Positions 11,624-23,440 of a DNA stretch of 63,424 nucleotides are shown piece after piece. The notes below the pieces were generated by a model. That model saw only the letters and a list, made by a program, of their open reading frames with translations. It ran no database searches and was not told the DNA's origin. Numbering within the stretch: the first letter of the stretch is position 1; the number at the start of each line of letters is the position of its first letter. The stretch lies in contig CAVCUC010000001.1 of the NCBI GenBank assembly GCA_963605225.1, forward strand, positions 1 through 63,424, written 5' to 3'. This DNA comes from a bacterium (lineage in GTDB: Bacteria; Bacillota_I; Bacilli_A; Erysipelotrichales; Erysipelotrichaceae). The position numbers and the translations under genes are program-made.

Positions 11624-14016
11624 TCAATATCAATAGGTTGAATGTGCCAAATATCTTCTGCGTATTGGCGAATTGTTCTATCGCTAGAGAAATACCATGA
11701 TTTAGCAATATTAATTAAGCATGTTCTAGCCCATGCATTACGGTCAGCATATCTTCTTTCAATTTCTTCTTGTGCTTGTACATAAGAATTAAAATCAGCT
11801 AGGACGAAGAATTCATCATTCTTTGTTAAGATTTCATCATAAATTGTTCTGAAGTCATCTCCCCAAGTACCATCAATTAAAGAATTCATCGCACGGTTGA
11901 TTCGTTCATCATTCATGTAGTAATCCCAAGCTCTATAATCTTCTCTAAAATGAGGAATATCATCTACAGTTAAGCCAAAGATAACATCATTTTCTCTACC
12001 TACTAAGCGGTCAATTTCTACAGTAGCACCATCTAATGTACCTAATGTTACAGCACCATTCATCATGAATTTCATATTACCTGTACCACTAGCTTCTTTA
12101 CCGGCAGTACTAATTTGTTCGCTGACATCAGCACCACACATCATGATTTCTGACATACTTACACAATAGTTAGGTAAGAAAACAACTTTAATCATGCCTT
12201 TTACATCAGGATCATTATTAACAGTCATGCTAATACGATTAATTAGCTTGATTACTTTCTTCGCAAATACATATGAAGGAGCTGCTTTAGCCGCAAAGAT
12301 ATATGTATGAGGAGTCATTGTAAATGAAGGATCACTCTTAATTCTTTGATATAAGTAAATAATATGTAATACATCTAAGAATTGTCTCTTATATGCATGT
12401 AATCTCTTTGCTTGTACATCGAAAATAGATGTAGGATCAACGACGATATCTGTTTGTTTTTCAATATAATTTGCTAAGATTTCTTTACGTTTAGCTTTAA
12501 TTTCTAAGAATTCTCTTTGTACATTTTCATCATCTACATAATCTAGTAAGTGTTCTAGTTCATTAAAGTTTGTATGATAATTTGTTCCAATGAGACGGTC
12601 AACCATACCTGTTAATTCAGGATTAGCATATAAGAACCAACGACGTGGTGTAATACCATTTGTTTTATTTGAGAAACGTTCTGGCCAAATACGATAGAAA
12701 TCTCTAAATAAATCATCTTTTAAAATTTCAGTATGGATTTCCGCAACACCATTTACACTATGACTATAAAGAACAGCTAGTCTAGCCATATGAATAACAC
12801 CATTGTTAATTGGACGAACTCTAGCAACCATGTAGTATTTGTCTGGATATTGTCTAGAAATATATGTAGCAAATCTTCTATCAATTTCTTCGATAATCAT
12901 ATAAATACGAGGAAGTAATCTTCTTACATAGTCAATAGGCCAAGTTTCTAAAGCTTCTTGCATAACTGTATGGTTTGTATAAGAAACAGTATGTAGTGTT
13001 ATATTTTGTGCTTCTTCCCATGTATATTCATATTCATCCATTAATACACGCATTAATTCAGGAATAACTAATACTGGATGCGTATCATTTAATTGGATAG
13101 ATACTTTTTCACCTAAATTTTCTACTGTTCCATATTTCTTTACATGTGATTTAACAATAGAATTAATACCTGCACAAACGAAGAAATATTGTTGTTTTAA
13201 TCTTAAGAATTTACCTTCTTCTGTAGAATCATCAGGATAAACATTTAAGCAAATTTCACTTACATCCGATAAGTATTTTCTAAAATCTACGTCAATAGGT
13301 GCTGTATCTGCAGGTTCAGCAGACCATAAACGTAAAGTATTTGTCATCTTTGTATTCGCACCAATCATTGGCATATCATATGGTACAGCCATAATATGTT
13401 GAGCATTTACATGTTCAAAATGTAATGTACCATCTTCATCCGCATGCATTTCAATATTTCCATAGAATTTAACATCTACTGCATGTTTTGGTTTACGAAT
13501 TTCCCAAGCATTACCAATCTTTAACCACATATCAGGTACTTCTACTTGGTTACCTTCTTCATCTATTTTTTGTCTAAATAAACCATATTGATAACGAATA
13601 CAGTTACCATTGATTGGATATTTTAAAGATGCTGCACTGTCCATAAAACAAGCAGCTAATCTTCCTAAGCCACCATTTCCTAAACCTGCATCACATTCGA
13701 TATCTGCTAAATCTTGGTAATCGATACCTAAATCTTTTAAACCTTCAAAAACCATGTCATAAATACCAAGGTTCTTTAAGTTACTTGTTAGGCTCTTACC
13801 AAGTAAAAATTCCATAGAAAAATAATATACTTGTTTTGCTTGTTGATTATCTGTTGCGACTTTTGTGTCTTTCCAATTGACACTAGCATAGTCACGTGTC
13901 ATTTCTCCTAATACCATGTATCTTTCTGTTGGGTGTGTTAATTCAACAGTTGTTCCATAAGTTTCAATTAGTCTAGTTTTAAATGCTTCTTTAAATTCTT
14001 CTTTATTTGTAAACAT
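11620..14016 (-). CDS. glgP: Glycogen/alpha-glucan phosphorylase
   Basis: GLGNGGLGRLAACF, QLNDTHP, KRLHAYKRQ, EASGTGNMKF. Start reset to ATG 14016 behind GAAGGAAGG. Confidence 0.97.
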   Translation of the reverse strand: MFTNKEEFKEAFKTRLIETYGTTVELTHPTERYMVLGEMTRDYASVNWKDTKVATDNQQAKQVYYFSMEFLLGKSLTSNLKNLGIYDMVFEGLKDLGIDYQDLADIECDAGLGNGGLGRLAACFMDSAASLKYPINGNCIRYQYGLFRQKIDEEGNQVEVPDMWLKIGNAWEIRKPKHAVDVKFYGNIEMHADEDGTLHFEHVNAQHIMAVPYDMPMIGANTKMTNTLRLWSAEPADTAPIDVDFRKYLSDVSEICLNVYPDDSTEEGKFLRLKQQYFFVCAGINSIVKSHVKKYGTVENLGEKVSIQLNDTHPVLVIPELMRVLMDEYEYTWEEAQNITLHTVSYTNHTVMQEALETWPIDYVRRLLPRIYMIIEEIDRRFATYISRQYPDKYYMVARVRPINNGVIHMARLAVLYSHSVNGVAEIHTEILKDDLFRDFYRIWPERFSNKTNGITPRRWFLYANPELTGMVDRLIGTNYHTNFNELEHLLDYVDDENVQREFLEIKAKRKEILANYIEKQTDIVVDPTSIFDVQAKRLHAYKRQFLDVLHIIYLYQRIKSDPSFTMTPHTYIFAAKAAPSYVFAKKVIKLINRISMTVNNDPDVKGMIKVVFLPNYCVSMSEIMMCGADVSEQISTAGKEASGTGNMKFMMNGAVTLGTLDGATVEIDRLVGRENDVIFGLTVDDIPHFREDYRAWDYYMNDERINRAMNSLIDGTWGDDFRTIYDEILTKNDEFFVLADFNSYVQAQEEIERRYADRNAWARTCLINIAKSWYFSSDRTIRQYAEDIWHIQPIDIE

Positions 14017-14058
14017 AAAATTCCAACCTTCCTTCAATATTCTACATGAAAACAGCAT

Positions 14059-14092
14059 AAAAGAGGCTTGTATTTTTTAACAAGTCTCTTTT
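14059..14092 (-). terminator. Intrinsic terminator after pgm
   Basis: AAAAGAGGCTTGT ... ACAAGTCTCTTTT imperfect inverted repeat. Confidence 0.55.
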
Positions 14093-14097
14093 AAATT

Positions 14098-15798
14098 TTA
14101 TGCTGTTAGTTTTTTCATTTCTTCTTCGTATTTCTTTGCTTTATTTAATGCATCAATAGCACTTTCACCTTTAATGCAATAGTAAATTTTTATCTTTGGT
14201 TCTGTTCCACTTGGTCTAACAGCTATCCAAGAACCATCTTCTAAGAAGTATTTTAGAACATTAGACTTTGTAAATCCTGTAAGAGGTTTAACTTCATCAA
14301 GTGTTCCTTCTTCAAATGTGTCAAAATCTTGATAACGTACTACTTTAACACCATTAATTTCTTGAAGTTTTTCTGTTCTTAATCGTGTCATGATTTCTTT
14401 AATCTTAGCAGCACCACTCATTCCTTCTAATGTAATAGAAGTTTGTGATTCATTGTAATAACCATGTTCCTTGTAACAATCTTCTAATACATCACATAGT
14501 GTTTTGCCTTTTTCAGCATAGTAACAAGCAGCTTCTGCTAACATTAAGCAAGCTTGTTGCGCATCTTTATCACGAACAAATGGTTTGATTAAAGAACCAT
14601 ATGATTCTTCATAGCCAAATACATATTCTTTTTCATGTGTAACTTCATATTTCGCTACTTTTTCACCAATGAACTTGAATCCTGTTAGTGTTTTTTCTGT
14701 TTCTACACCATATTTTTTAGCAATCGCTTCACCTAAATCACTAGTCACAACTGTATTAAACATTACAGGATGACTTGGCATAAGTTTCTTTTCTGTTAAT
14801 GTAGATAAAATATATTCAATTAATACAGCTCCACTTTGGTTTCCTGTTAGGATTGTATATCCTTCTTTACTCTTTACACCAACGCCCATTCTATCTGCAT
14901 CAGGGTCACATACTAAGATGATATCAGCATCTTCTTTTTCAGCATATTTAATCGCTAATTCGTATGCTCCACTTTGTTCTGGGTTAGGAGTAGGAGTATT
15001 AGAAAAATCAGGATCAGGTTCACATTGTTCTAATACTGGAATAACATGATATCCACATTCTGTTAAGATAGAACGAACAGGAATATTACTTGTACCATGT
15101 TCTGGTGAGAATACTATCTTAATTAAATCACGATTTACATCTTTGTTTAATTGGATGGATTCTACTGCTTTGTAATATTCTTTATCAATTTCTTCACCTA
15201 CTACAGAAATCAATGTTTTATTTTCTTCACTTACTTCTGCTAGTACTCCTAGTTCATCTTCAACAGCGTTTACTTTAGAAGTTACAGCATCTGCTAGATG
15301 AGGTACTAATTGGCATCCTTTTTCATCATATAATTTATATCCATTATATTTACCTGGATTATGTGATGCTGTAATCATAATTCCACCAAAACAATTCTTA
15401 TATCGCGTTAAGAATGATAATTCAGGTGTAGGTCTCAAGCTATCAAATACATATACTCTAATACCATTACCAGCTAATACATTAGCAGAATCAAACGCAA
15501 ATTCTCTAGAATGATGACGATTATCATAACCAATCGCAATTCCTCTATCCATTGCATCTTGTCCATTTTCTTTAATGTATTCTGCGAATCCCTTTGTTGC
15601 TTTACGAATTGTATGAATGTTAATACGATTTGTACCAGCACCCATTACCCCACGCATTCCTGCTGTACCAAACTCAATGTTTGTATAGAAAGCATCATTA
15701 ATAGCTTCTTCATTCATGCCTTCCATTTCTTTGCGTAAAGCCTCATTTAAATTAGGATTTTTCATCCAACGATCATAATTTTCTTTTGCTATACTCAT
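14098..15798 (-). CDS. pgm: Phosphoglucomutase / phospho-sugar mutase
   Basis: FGTAGMRG, ITASHNP, DPDADR, GYEESYG, RPSGTEPK. Confidence 0.94.
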   Translation of the reverse strand: MSIAKENYDRWMKNPNLNEALRKEMEGMNEEAINDAFYTNIEFGTAGMRGVMGAGTNRINIHTIRKATKGFAEYIKENGQDAMDRGIAIGYDNRHHSREFAFDSANVLAGNGIRVYVFDSLRPTPELSFLTRYKNCFGGIMITASHNPGKYNGYKLYDEKGCQLVPHLADAVTSKVNAVEDELGVLAEVSEENKTLISVVGEEIDKEYYKAVESIQLNKDVNRDLIKIVFSPEHGTSNIPVRSILTECGYHVIPVLEQCEPDPDFSNTPTPNPEQSGAYELAIKYAEKEDADIILVCDPDADRMGVGVKSKEGYTILTGNQSGAVLIEYILSTLTEKKLMPSHPVMFNTVVTSDLGEAIAKKYGVETEKTLTGFKFIGEKVAKYEVTHEKEYVFGYEESYGSLIKPFVRDKDAQQACLMLAEAACYYAEKGKTLCDVLEDCYKEHGYYNESQTSITLEGMSGAAKIKEIMTRLRTEKLQEINGVKVVRYQDFDTFEEGTLDEVKPLTGFTKSNVLKYFLEDGSWIAVRPSGTEPKIKIYYCIKGESAIDALNKAKKYEEEMKKLTA

Positions 15799-15849
15799 TT
15801 AAAATTGTCTCCTCATGAAATAACTAATTTCATTATAAAGCAAAAATGA

Positions 15850-15863
15850 TGAAAGCGTTTACT
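15850..15863. promoter_or_regulatory. cre-like site upstream of pgm
   Basis: TGAAAGCGTTTACT. Confidence 0.5.
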
Positions 15864-16117
15864 AAAATGATTTAGTTTTTTCAGCTAACTCACCCATTTC
15901 TATATCGTGTAATTGTCCCTACACCTATCATTTTCTCCAACGCACGACGCTAGTTTTCTTTATGCGTCACCACTATTTTGTCATGTTTGATACGCTTTTG
16001 AAAACTAACCGGAATTTTGTTCTTCACCCCTTTAAATATGCGTTTTATTTTCCATTACTTACATTTCTTCAAAGTCTAAAAAGGAAAAAATTGCAGTTTC
16101 TTCAAAATGATGCTGTT

Positions 16118-16705
16118 TTATTTTTCAATTTTATCCCATAAAGGTAGTCGATGTAACGCTCTAACAATATTACATTTATCTAATAATGAAGTGTTTTCGT
16201 TATATACCATTGTTGGATACCAATTTTTATTTTTTAAGCTACCATCATATAAATCTTCTAATTTACGAGCATATTGATAATGCAAATGTGGTAGTAATCC
16301 ACCTTTTTGATATTCTTCTTTTGTAGGCATTGGGGCCATTGCTAATAAATACTTAAATGGTGATTCTTTTTCTCCAACAAACAGATAATTTTCTTTATTT
16401 TCTAATCCATGTTCTATCATTTCTTGTAAGTGATAAGTATCTTTATATGTTTTATCCGCAAATATCCATTCTATCTCTAGATTTTCATCTTTTGCTTGTA
16501 TTACCCATTTTTGTATTCTATCTTGATTTTCATCATTTGTAGAAAGACATGCCATTTGCCAAAAAGCTTTTACGCCATGAGAAAACATTGGCATCTTTGC
16601 ACAAAATGTTTCAGCTTCATTCCATGATTTTTGCATATAATCATTTTGATCATCAATGAAAGCTTCAAAGTTAATCCATTCACCACACCATTCATTTTTA
16701 TTCAT
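16118..16705 (-). CDS. ZinT-like (lipocalin-type metal-binding) protein without a signal peptide
   Basis: Colinear ZinT-like motifs WxGxW, YLF, FKY, HLH, NWYPT and a late His. Start likely ATG 16705 after GGAGG. Confidence 0.55.
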   Translation of the reverse strand: MNKNEWCGEWINFEAFIDDQNDYMQKSWNEAETFCAKMPMFSHGVKAFWQMACLSTNDENQDRIQKWVIQAKDENLEIEWIFADKTYKDTYHLQEMIEHGLENKENYLFVGEKESPFKYLLAMAPMPTKEEYQKGGLLPHLHYQYARKLEDLYDGSLKNKNWYPTMVYNENTSLLDKCNIVRALHRLPLWDKIEK

Positions 16706-16706
16706 C

Positions 16707-18110
16707 TTATTGTTCCTCCAAATTAATGATTCGATCACACCATAGAGATGCTAATTCTACATCATGCGTAATGACTAGAATTGTTTTTCCCTGATTCTTT
16801 AAGTCTTGTAGTAATTTTCCTACTTTATCCATATTTGTTCGATCTAGTCCACTTGTTGGCTCATCTAAAATAATGAGTTCTTTACTCGATAACATGCTTG
16901 CCGCAACAACAACTCTTTGTTTTTGACCACCAGATAAACTCATTGGATGCTTGTCTTCTATTTCTTTTAGACCTAACATTTCTACAATTTCTTCATATCG
17001 ATTTAGATTATCTACACCAAGTTGTATTTCTTCTTTTACACTATCTGAAAATAGTTCATAATTCACATCTTGCATAACAAGGAATGTATGATTTATTCGA
17101 TCTTTTAATGTTGTCTCTTTACCATCAATCAATATTTTTCCTTTAACTTGTTTCATTAAACCAGATAATGTTTTCGCTAGTGTACTTTTCCCAATACCAT
17201 TATGTCCCATCAAACCAATGATTTCTGATTTTCCTAAACTAATTTCCGGAAGTTTTTTTATCACATGTTTTGCATCATATCCTATTTCTACACTAACAAG
17301 TTCCACAAACTGTTCATGAGTAGTTTTATTTTGATATTTGCTTTGTAATAATTTTGTATATTTACTTAAATCTTTAGAACGTAATCCTAAATTCAAGATT
17401 TCTTCATCGGTTAAAGATAGAAATTCATTCTTACTATAAGTATGTGTTACTTGCCCATGTTCAAAATAATAATATCGGTCGACTAAATCTGTAATCCATG
17501 CGATTCGATGTTCAGCAATCACAACTGTTACACCTTGTTCTTTGATTTTTGCAATCATATCATGTAATTCTAGAATTGCTTTATCATCCAGATTACTTGT
17601 AGGTTCATCTAGCACAAGTATTTTTGGATATAACATACACGCTGCCGCAAAAGCTATCTTTTGTTTTTCTCCACCGGACAAATAAAATAAGTTCTTATCT
17701 AGAAATTTTTCTATATGATATAAACTTGCAAGTTGATCAATTCTATCTTGTATTTCTTTTGAATCTAAACCGATATTTTCACAAGGGAAAGATAATTCAT
17801 CTGTCGTATTAGAATTGAAATATTGTGTTTTCGGATTTTGAAATACACTACCTACAAGTCTTACATAGTCTTCTATAGTCGCACTTTCTGAAGATAAATT
17901 TAAAACATTACATATTCCACTAAGTTCACCCTCAAAAAACGAAGGAATTAGTCCATTTAATAGTCTTGTAAATGTTGTTTTTCCACATCCACTCTTTCCA
18001 CATAATAAGATACACTCGCCTTTATTTATTTCTAATGAAACATCATTTAAGACTTTCTCATTTGTATTTGCATAAGTAAATGTGATGTTCTTTGTTTCTA
18101 TCATACTCAT
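16707..18110 (-). CDS. ECF transporter duplicated ATPase
   Basis: Two ABC domains: GKSGCGKT/LSGGE/LDEPTS and GHNGIGKS/LSGGQ/LDEPTS; VFQNP Q-loop. Confidence 0.92.
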   Translation of the reverse strand: MSMIETKNITFTYANTNEKVLNDVSLEINKGECILLCGKSGCGKTTFTRLLNGLIPSFFEGELSGICNVLNLSSESATIEDYVRLVGSVFQNPKTQYFNSNTTDELSFPCENIGLDSKEIQDRIDQLASLYHIEKFLDKNLFYLSGGEKQKIAFAAACMLYPKILVLDEPTSNLDDKAILELHDMIAKIKEQGVTVVIAEHRIAWITDLVDRYYYFEHGQVTHTYSKNEFLSLTDEEILNLGLRSKDLSKYTKLLQSKYQNKTTHEQFVELVSVEIGYDAKHVIKKLPEISLGKSEIIGLMGHNGIGKSTLAKTLSGLMKQVKGKILIDGKETTLKDRINHTFLVMQDVNYELFSDSVKEEIQLGVDNLNRYEEIVEMLGLKEIEDKHPMSLSGGQKQRVVVAASMLSSKELIILDEPTSGLDRTNMDKVGKLLQDLKNQGKTILVITHDVELASLWCDRIINLEEQ

Positions 18111-18778
18111 AAAATATTCCCTCCAAGAATCATGATGGATGCGAAAAATAATACAAGATCACTACAAGAAAAATGTATTTCTTTTCTACATGTATGTTTA
18201 CCTTGGATCCCTATTCCTTTTGTAATCGCAGCTATACTTAAATCTTGTGTAACATTATTACTATTCATTAATAAAGGAATAATCATATACTCTAATGAAG
18301 TAAAAGGATGTCTAAGTGAACAATCTATTCCTCTTAATGCCATTGCATTTTTAATATTTTGATAATCTTCTTTTACTGTAGGGAAGAAACGAATGACTAC
18401 CATGCAAGGAATAATAATGGTTTCTGGAATATGCATTTTTCGCATAGCACATACTAGTTCACTAACACTTGTCGTTGTAAAAGCATATAAACCTGTATAA
18501 ATACAAGGTAAAATCATTCTTATGCCTACTGTAACTAAGGAAAGTAAATTGGTTAAAATTCCTTTTCCAACGTGAGGTACTAACACAACTTCTAATAAAA
18601 CTAAAATGTAATAAATAAGTGCTAAACGTATTCCTGTTTTATATTTTTTTGAACAAAGTAATAATACTAAAATCATTGTTGTAAAAATAACTTCACACAC
18701 AAGAGATACATGAAATAGTAACAATAAATTTGATAATACTAGTAAATATAACTTTGTTCGTGGATCTAATTGAATCAT
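18107..18778 (-). CDS. ECF transporter T component (CbiQ/EcfT)
   Basis: LDPRTKL start, hydrophobic helices, IRFFP and AMALRG motifs. Confidence 0.9.
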   Translation of the reverse strand: MIQLDPRTKLYLLVLSNLLLLFHVSLVCEVIFTTMILVLLLCSKKYKTGIRLALIYYILVLLEVVLVPHVGKGILTNLLSLVTVGIRMILPCIYTGLYAFTTTSVSELVCAMRKMHIPETIIIPCMVVIRFFPTVKEDYQNIKNAMALRGIDCSLRHPFTSLEYMIIPLLMNSNNVTQDLSIAAITKGIGIQGKHTCRKEIHFSCSDLVLFFASIMILGGNIL

Positions 18779-19374
18779 TCGATAATTCCTGCTTTAACAA
18801 AGTGCTTCTTCATCATCTTTTGGCCAAATAAGCCACCAACAATTGCACATACTGCAATCGCTACAACACATACAACAAAACTCATTGTATTAATTGGCCC
18901 AAATATTGTACTAATATATGTCGCATCTTTTCCTCTAGCAACTAAGCTAGCAATATATGCATCTTTCATAAACCATAAAGGTAGAATTGGTCCTGTTAAA
19001 CCATAAGAAAATAATACATAGCTGATTAATAATCCTTTTTTACTCTTATAGTTTCCTAGTTTTGCTACATAATCCGCTAGCAAACCAAATATGATATTTG
19101 CCATAAACGACATAATAAAATGACCGGAAATAAAGAAGAATAATCCCATGACTAGTCCCATGATTGATATGGCACCAAATTTTTGTGTTTTCGCTACAAG
19201 TAACATATAAACACTACCTGAAATTAGAGCAGCTAATGCTGGTAAAACAATATTTCCTACTCCAGGTAGTAATGCACAAGTAAAAGTAGCGATTGCAACT
19301 AATACAAAATAGATTGCCGTAAAAACACCAATTGCAATCAAATCTGTAACATTTAAGTTCTTTGTCTTTTTCAT
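18775..19374 (-). CDS. ECF S component, MptD/Trep_Strep family
   Basis: About six transmembrane helices, DLIAIGVFTAIY start and KKHFVKAGII end typical of the family. Start ATG 19374 after GGGAGG. Confidence 0.82.
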   Translation of the reverse strand: MKKTKNLNVTDLIAIGVFTAIYFVLVAIATFTCALLPGVGNIVLPALAALISGSVYMLLVAKTQKFGAISIMGLVMGLFFFISGHFIMSFMANIIFGLLADYVAKLGNYKSKKGLLISYVLFSYGLTGPILPLWFMKDAYIASLVARGKDATYISTIFGPINTMSFVVCVVAIAVCAIVGGLFGQKMMKKHFVKAGIIE

Positions 19375-19433
19375 CTTTTTCCTCCCGTTAGTTTTAACTA
19401 ACCATATTTCTTTAAAAAATACCTTTACAGGTA

Positions 19434-20006
19434 TCAAAATAATTGTTCACAAATTCCTTTTACCATCCAACGTAAAATTGTTGGATAGTCATCGCCTAAT
19501 TCTTTGCGCATATTTGTTGTATAAATTAAGCTTCTTAAGGCATTTATTGCTAGTTCTTCATTTATTTTGCAATTGTATTGGTTCAAAAATGTGTGAAATA
19601 GATTTGTTTCCTCTACTATTTGTTCTTTCATTTCTTCTTTCGATAATGATTGTAAAATCTCTTTAGCATCTTCTTCCCAAAAACGTTTAAATTTTGAATC
19701 ATCTAGCAATTTACAAGCTTCTAAAATAGCATTTGTAAGTACAATGCTAGGATCTTCCGTATTTTCTTGAAGCATTTCTATTGCTGGCCCATATATCTTT
19801 TCATGCATTTGTCTTAATAATGCATAAAAGAGTTTTTCTTTTGAAGAAAAAAACTTATAGAATGCTCCTTTAGATATTCCTACACTTTTTGCTAGTTCAT
19901 CTACAGTAATATCTTTCATCCTTTTCTTTTGAATCAGAATATATGCTTCTTTTAATAGTGAATCATGAATATTCATGCATTCTTCTTCCGTAAACGCAAT
20001 TGCCAT
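19434..20006 (-). CDS. TetR/AcrR-family regulator
   Basis: N-terminal HTH ITVDELAKSVGISKGAFYKFFSSKE. Confidence 0.93.
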   Translation of the reverse strand: MAIAFTEEECMNIHDSLLKEAYILIQKKRMKDITVDELAKSVGISKGAFYKFFSSKEKLFYALLRQMHEKIYGPAIEMLQENTEDPSIVLTNAILEACKLLDDSKFKRFWEEDAKEILQSLSKEEMKEQIVEETNLFHTFLNQYNCKINEELAINALRSLIYTTNMRKELGDDYPTILRWMVKGICEQLF

Positions 20007-20015
20007 ATCGCTCCT

Positions 20016-20040
20016 ATGACCAAATTTATATTTCAGTCAT
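20016..20040. promoter_or_regulatory. Putative TetR operator
   Basis: Imperfect dyad ATGACCAAATTTATATTTCAGTCAT directly upstream of the tetR RBS. Confidence 0.5.
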
Positions 20041-20157
20041 GAGTTAGTCTAACATAACTGTATTATATAGTCAAAGAAAAAGACTACCTTAAGAGATAGC
20101 CTTCAATACCATTTTTCACTTAAAAAGGAAGGTTTTATCCTTCCTCATTATTTCTTC

Positions 20158-20424
20158 TTATGCAATAACTTTTTGTGCACGAAGAACATCTTCGATTGTT
20201 TGTACTGCTACATCTTCATCTTCACCTTCACAAGTGATTGTTACATCAGATTGTGTAGGGATACCTAGAGACATAACACCCATGATAGACTTCATATTAA
20301 CTGAACGTCCTTTGTAAGTGATTTTAACTTCACTCTTGAATTTGCTTGCAGCGTTTACTGCAACTGTAGCAGGACGTGCATGTAGTCCAACTGGGTCAAT
20401 AACAACAACAGAAATCTGTTTCAT
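20158..20424 (-). CDS. ptsH: Phosphocarrier protein HPr
   Basis: GLHARPA (His15) and KSIMGVMSLG (Ser46). Confidence 0.96.
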   Translation of the reverse strand: MKQISVVVIDPVGLHARPATVAVNAASKFKSEVKITYKGRSVNMKSIMGVMSLGIPTQSDVTITCEGEDEDVAVQTIEDVLRAQKVIA

Positions 20425-20481
20425 AGTATATTCTTACCTCCACCAAATACTATCATTATTTTACTCTACTAATTTTTTTCT

Positions 20482-20495
20482 TACAAGCGTTTACA
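20482..20495. promoter_or_regulatory. cre-like site upstream of ptsH
   Basis: Reverse strand reads TGTAAACGCTTGTA. Confidence 0.4.
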
Positions 20496-20520
20496 TAAAA
20501 TTGACGATTTTTTAACTCAA

Positions 20521-22002
<1,482 letters not shown>

Positions 22003-22503
22003 CTATTTACTAATTTTTTGGCCACGTTCTACATGGTCACAATCGATAAATGAAATTTCTTTTTCATTTGGATTTGTAATGATAAGCATTGTTGTCATAT
22101 CATATTTGCCACTTAATGCCTTTAAATCAACTTTAACAAGTGGATCGCCAGCTTTAATTTTGTCACCTTGTTTTGCTAGAACAGTAAAACCTTTACCATT
22201 TTCATTTACTGTATTAATACCAATATGAATTAATACTTCTACACCATCATTTCTTGTAATACCAAATGCATGTCCTGTAGGGAAAGCTACATCTAATGAT
22301 CCATTACATGGTGATACAACTAAACCATCATCTAAATCAAAGGCAATACCGTCACCCATCATCTTTTCCGCAAAAGTAGGATCATTCACTTTTTCAATAG
22401 GGATTAAAACACCATTTGCTAGTGCTACAATCTCATCATCATTTGCTGTTGTAGTATTTGTGTATACTTCTTCTTTTTCTTTCTTTTTAAATAGTGAAAA
22501 CAT
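22003..22503 (-). CDS. PTS glucose-family IIA component
   Basis: DPTFAEKMMGDG, HAFG, VLIHIGINTV. Start ATG 22503 after AGGAG. Confidence 0.93.
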   Translation of the reverse strand: MFSLFKKKEKEEVYTNTTTANDDEIVALANGVLIPIEKVNDPTFAEKMMGDGIAFDLDDGLVVSPCNGSLDVAFPTGHAFGITRNDGVEVLIHIGINTVNENGKGFTVLAKQGDKIKAGDPLVKVDLKALSGKYDMTTMLIITNPNEKEISFIDCDHVERGQKISK

Positions 22504-22517
22504 TTTTAATTTCTCCT

Positions 22518-23366
22518 TTATTGAATACAATCATATATCGCCTCTGCGACTGCATGTTCATCACAACTACAAACTACTTTATATGCTTTATCTAGTATTT
22601 CTTTTGTACTATTACTAGGTGCATAACTATATTTAAAGTTATCGAACATACTTAAATCATTATGTGAATCCCCTATTACCATTACTTCATCATCATGGAT
22701 ATGATACATTTCACAATATTTCTTTAATGCAATCCCCTTTGTGGCTGTAAGATTTGTTACTTCTACATTGTTTTTACCTGTTGATAAATGAGATAAATCC
22801 GTAAACTTTTCTAATTCTTTTTTTACACTCTCTACAGGTTCTGAATCAATATGAAAACCTTCTACCTTTAAAACATGTTTTTCTAAGACAAATGCATCGA
22901 TATCTTGAATTTGCACGAGATTATTACATGGCTTATCTTGATGTGTTGCAAAGATATGTCCATATTCTTCACCCTTAATCGCTGTAATTCTTGTGATGAA
23001 ATTTTCTCTTACAACTTTAGGATCTTTTGTTGTATAAAAACCATCTGTTGCAAATATCATATAATCGACTTCATGTTTATCCATAATGCCGCAAACTTCT
23101 TTTAGATGTTCATTTTTAAAGAAATCTTGAAATAACATATTTTGTTCTTCATCGAATACTTCAGCACCATTGCCTAATATGAGTACTGGAGCATGTGTCA
23201 AAGACTTCGCTATTTCCTTAATACTGTTTAAATCTCTCCCTGTTGCAAAGCAAAACTTTGCCCCTTTTTGATAAGCATATTCAATCGCATTTAAATTTTC
23301 TTGAGAGATTTGATTTGGTTTATCTAAAAGTGTTCCATCTAAATCGGACGCTATTAATTTAATCAT
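22518..23366 (-). CDS. Cof-type HAD phosphatase
   Basis: DLDGTLL, ATGR, GDSHND. Confidence 0.92.
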   Translation of the reverse strand: MIKLIASDLDGTLLDKPNQISQENLNAIEYAYQKGAKFCFATGRDLNSIKEIAKSLTHAPVLILGNGAEVFDEEQNMLFQDFFKNEHLKEVCGIMDKHEVDYMIFATDGFYTTKDPKVVRENFITRITAIKGEEYGHIFATHQDKPCNNLVQIQDIDAFVLEKHVLKVEGFHIDSEPVESVKKELEKFTDLSHLSTGKNNVEVTNLTATKGIALKKYCEMYHIHDDEVMVIGDSHNDLSMFDNFKYSYAPSNSTKEILDKAYKVVCSCDEHAVAEAIYDCIQ

Positions 23367-23389
23367 TCTATTCCCATTTCTAGCAAAAT

Positions 23390-23418
23390 AACTCCTAGCT
23401 AATCCCTAACTAGGAGTT
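23390..23418 (-). terminator. Hairpin after PTS IIBC
   Basis: AACTCCTAG ... CTAGGAGTT. Confidence 0.5.
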
Positions 23419-23440
23419 TTCTTACAAGGCTAGTATATAA

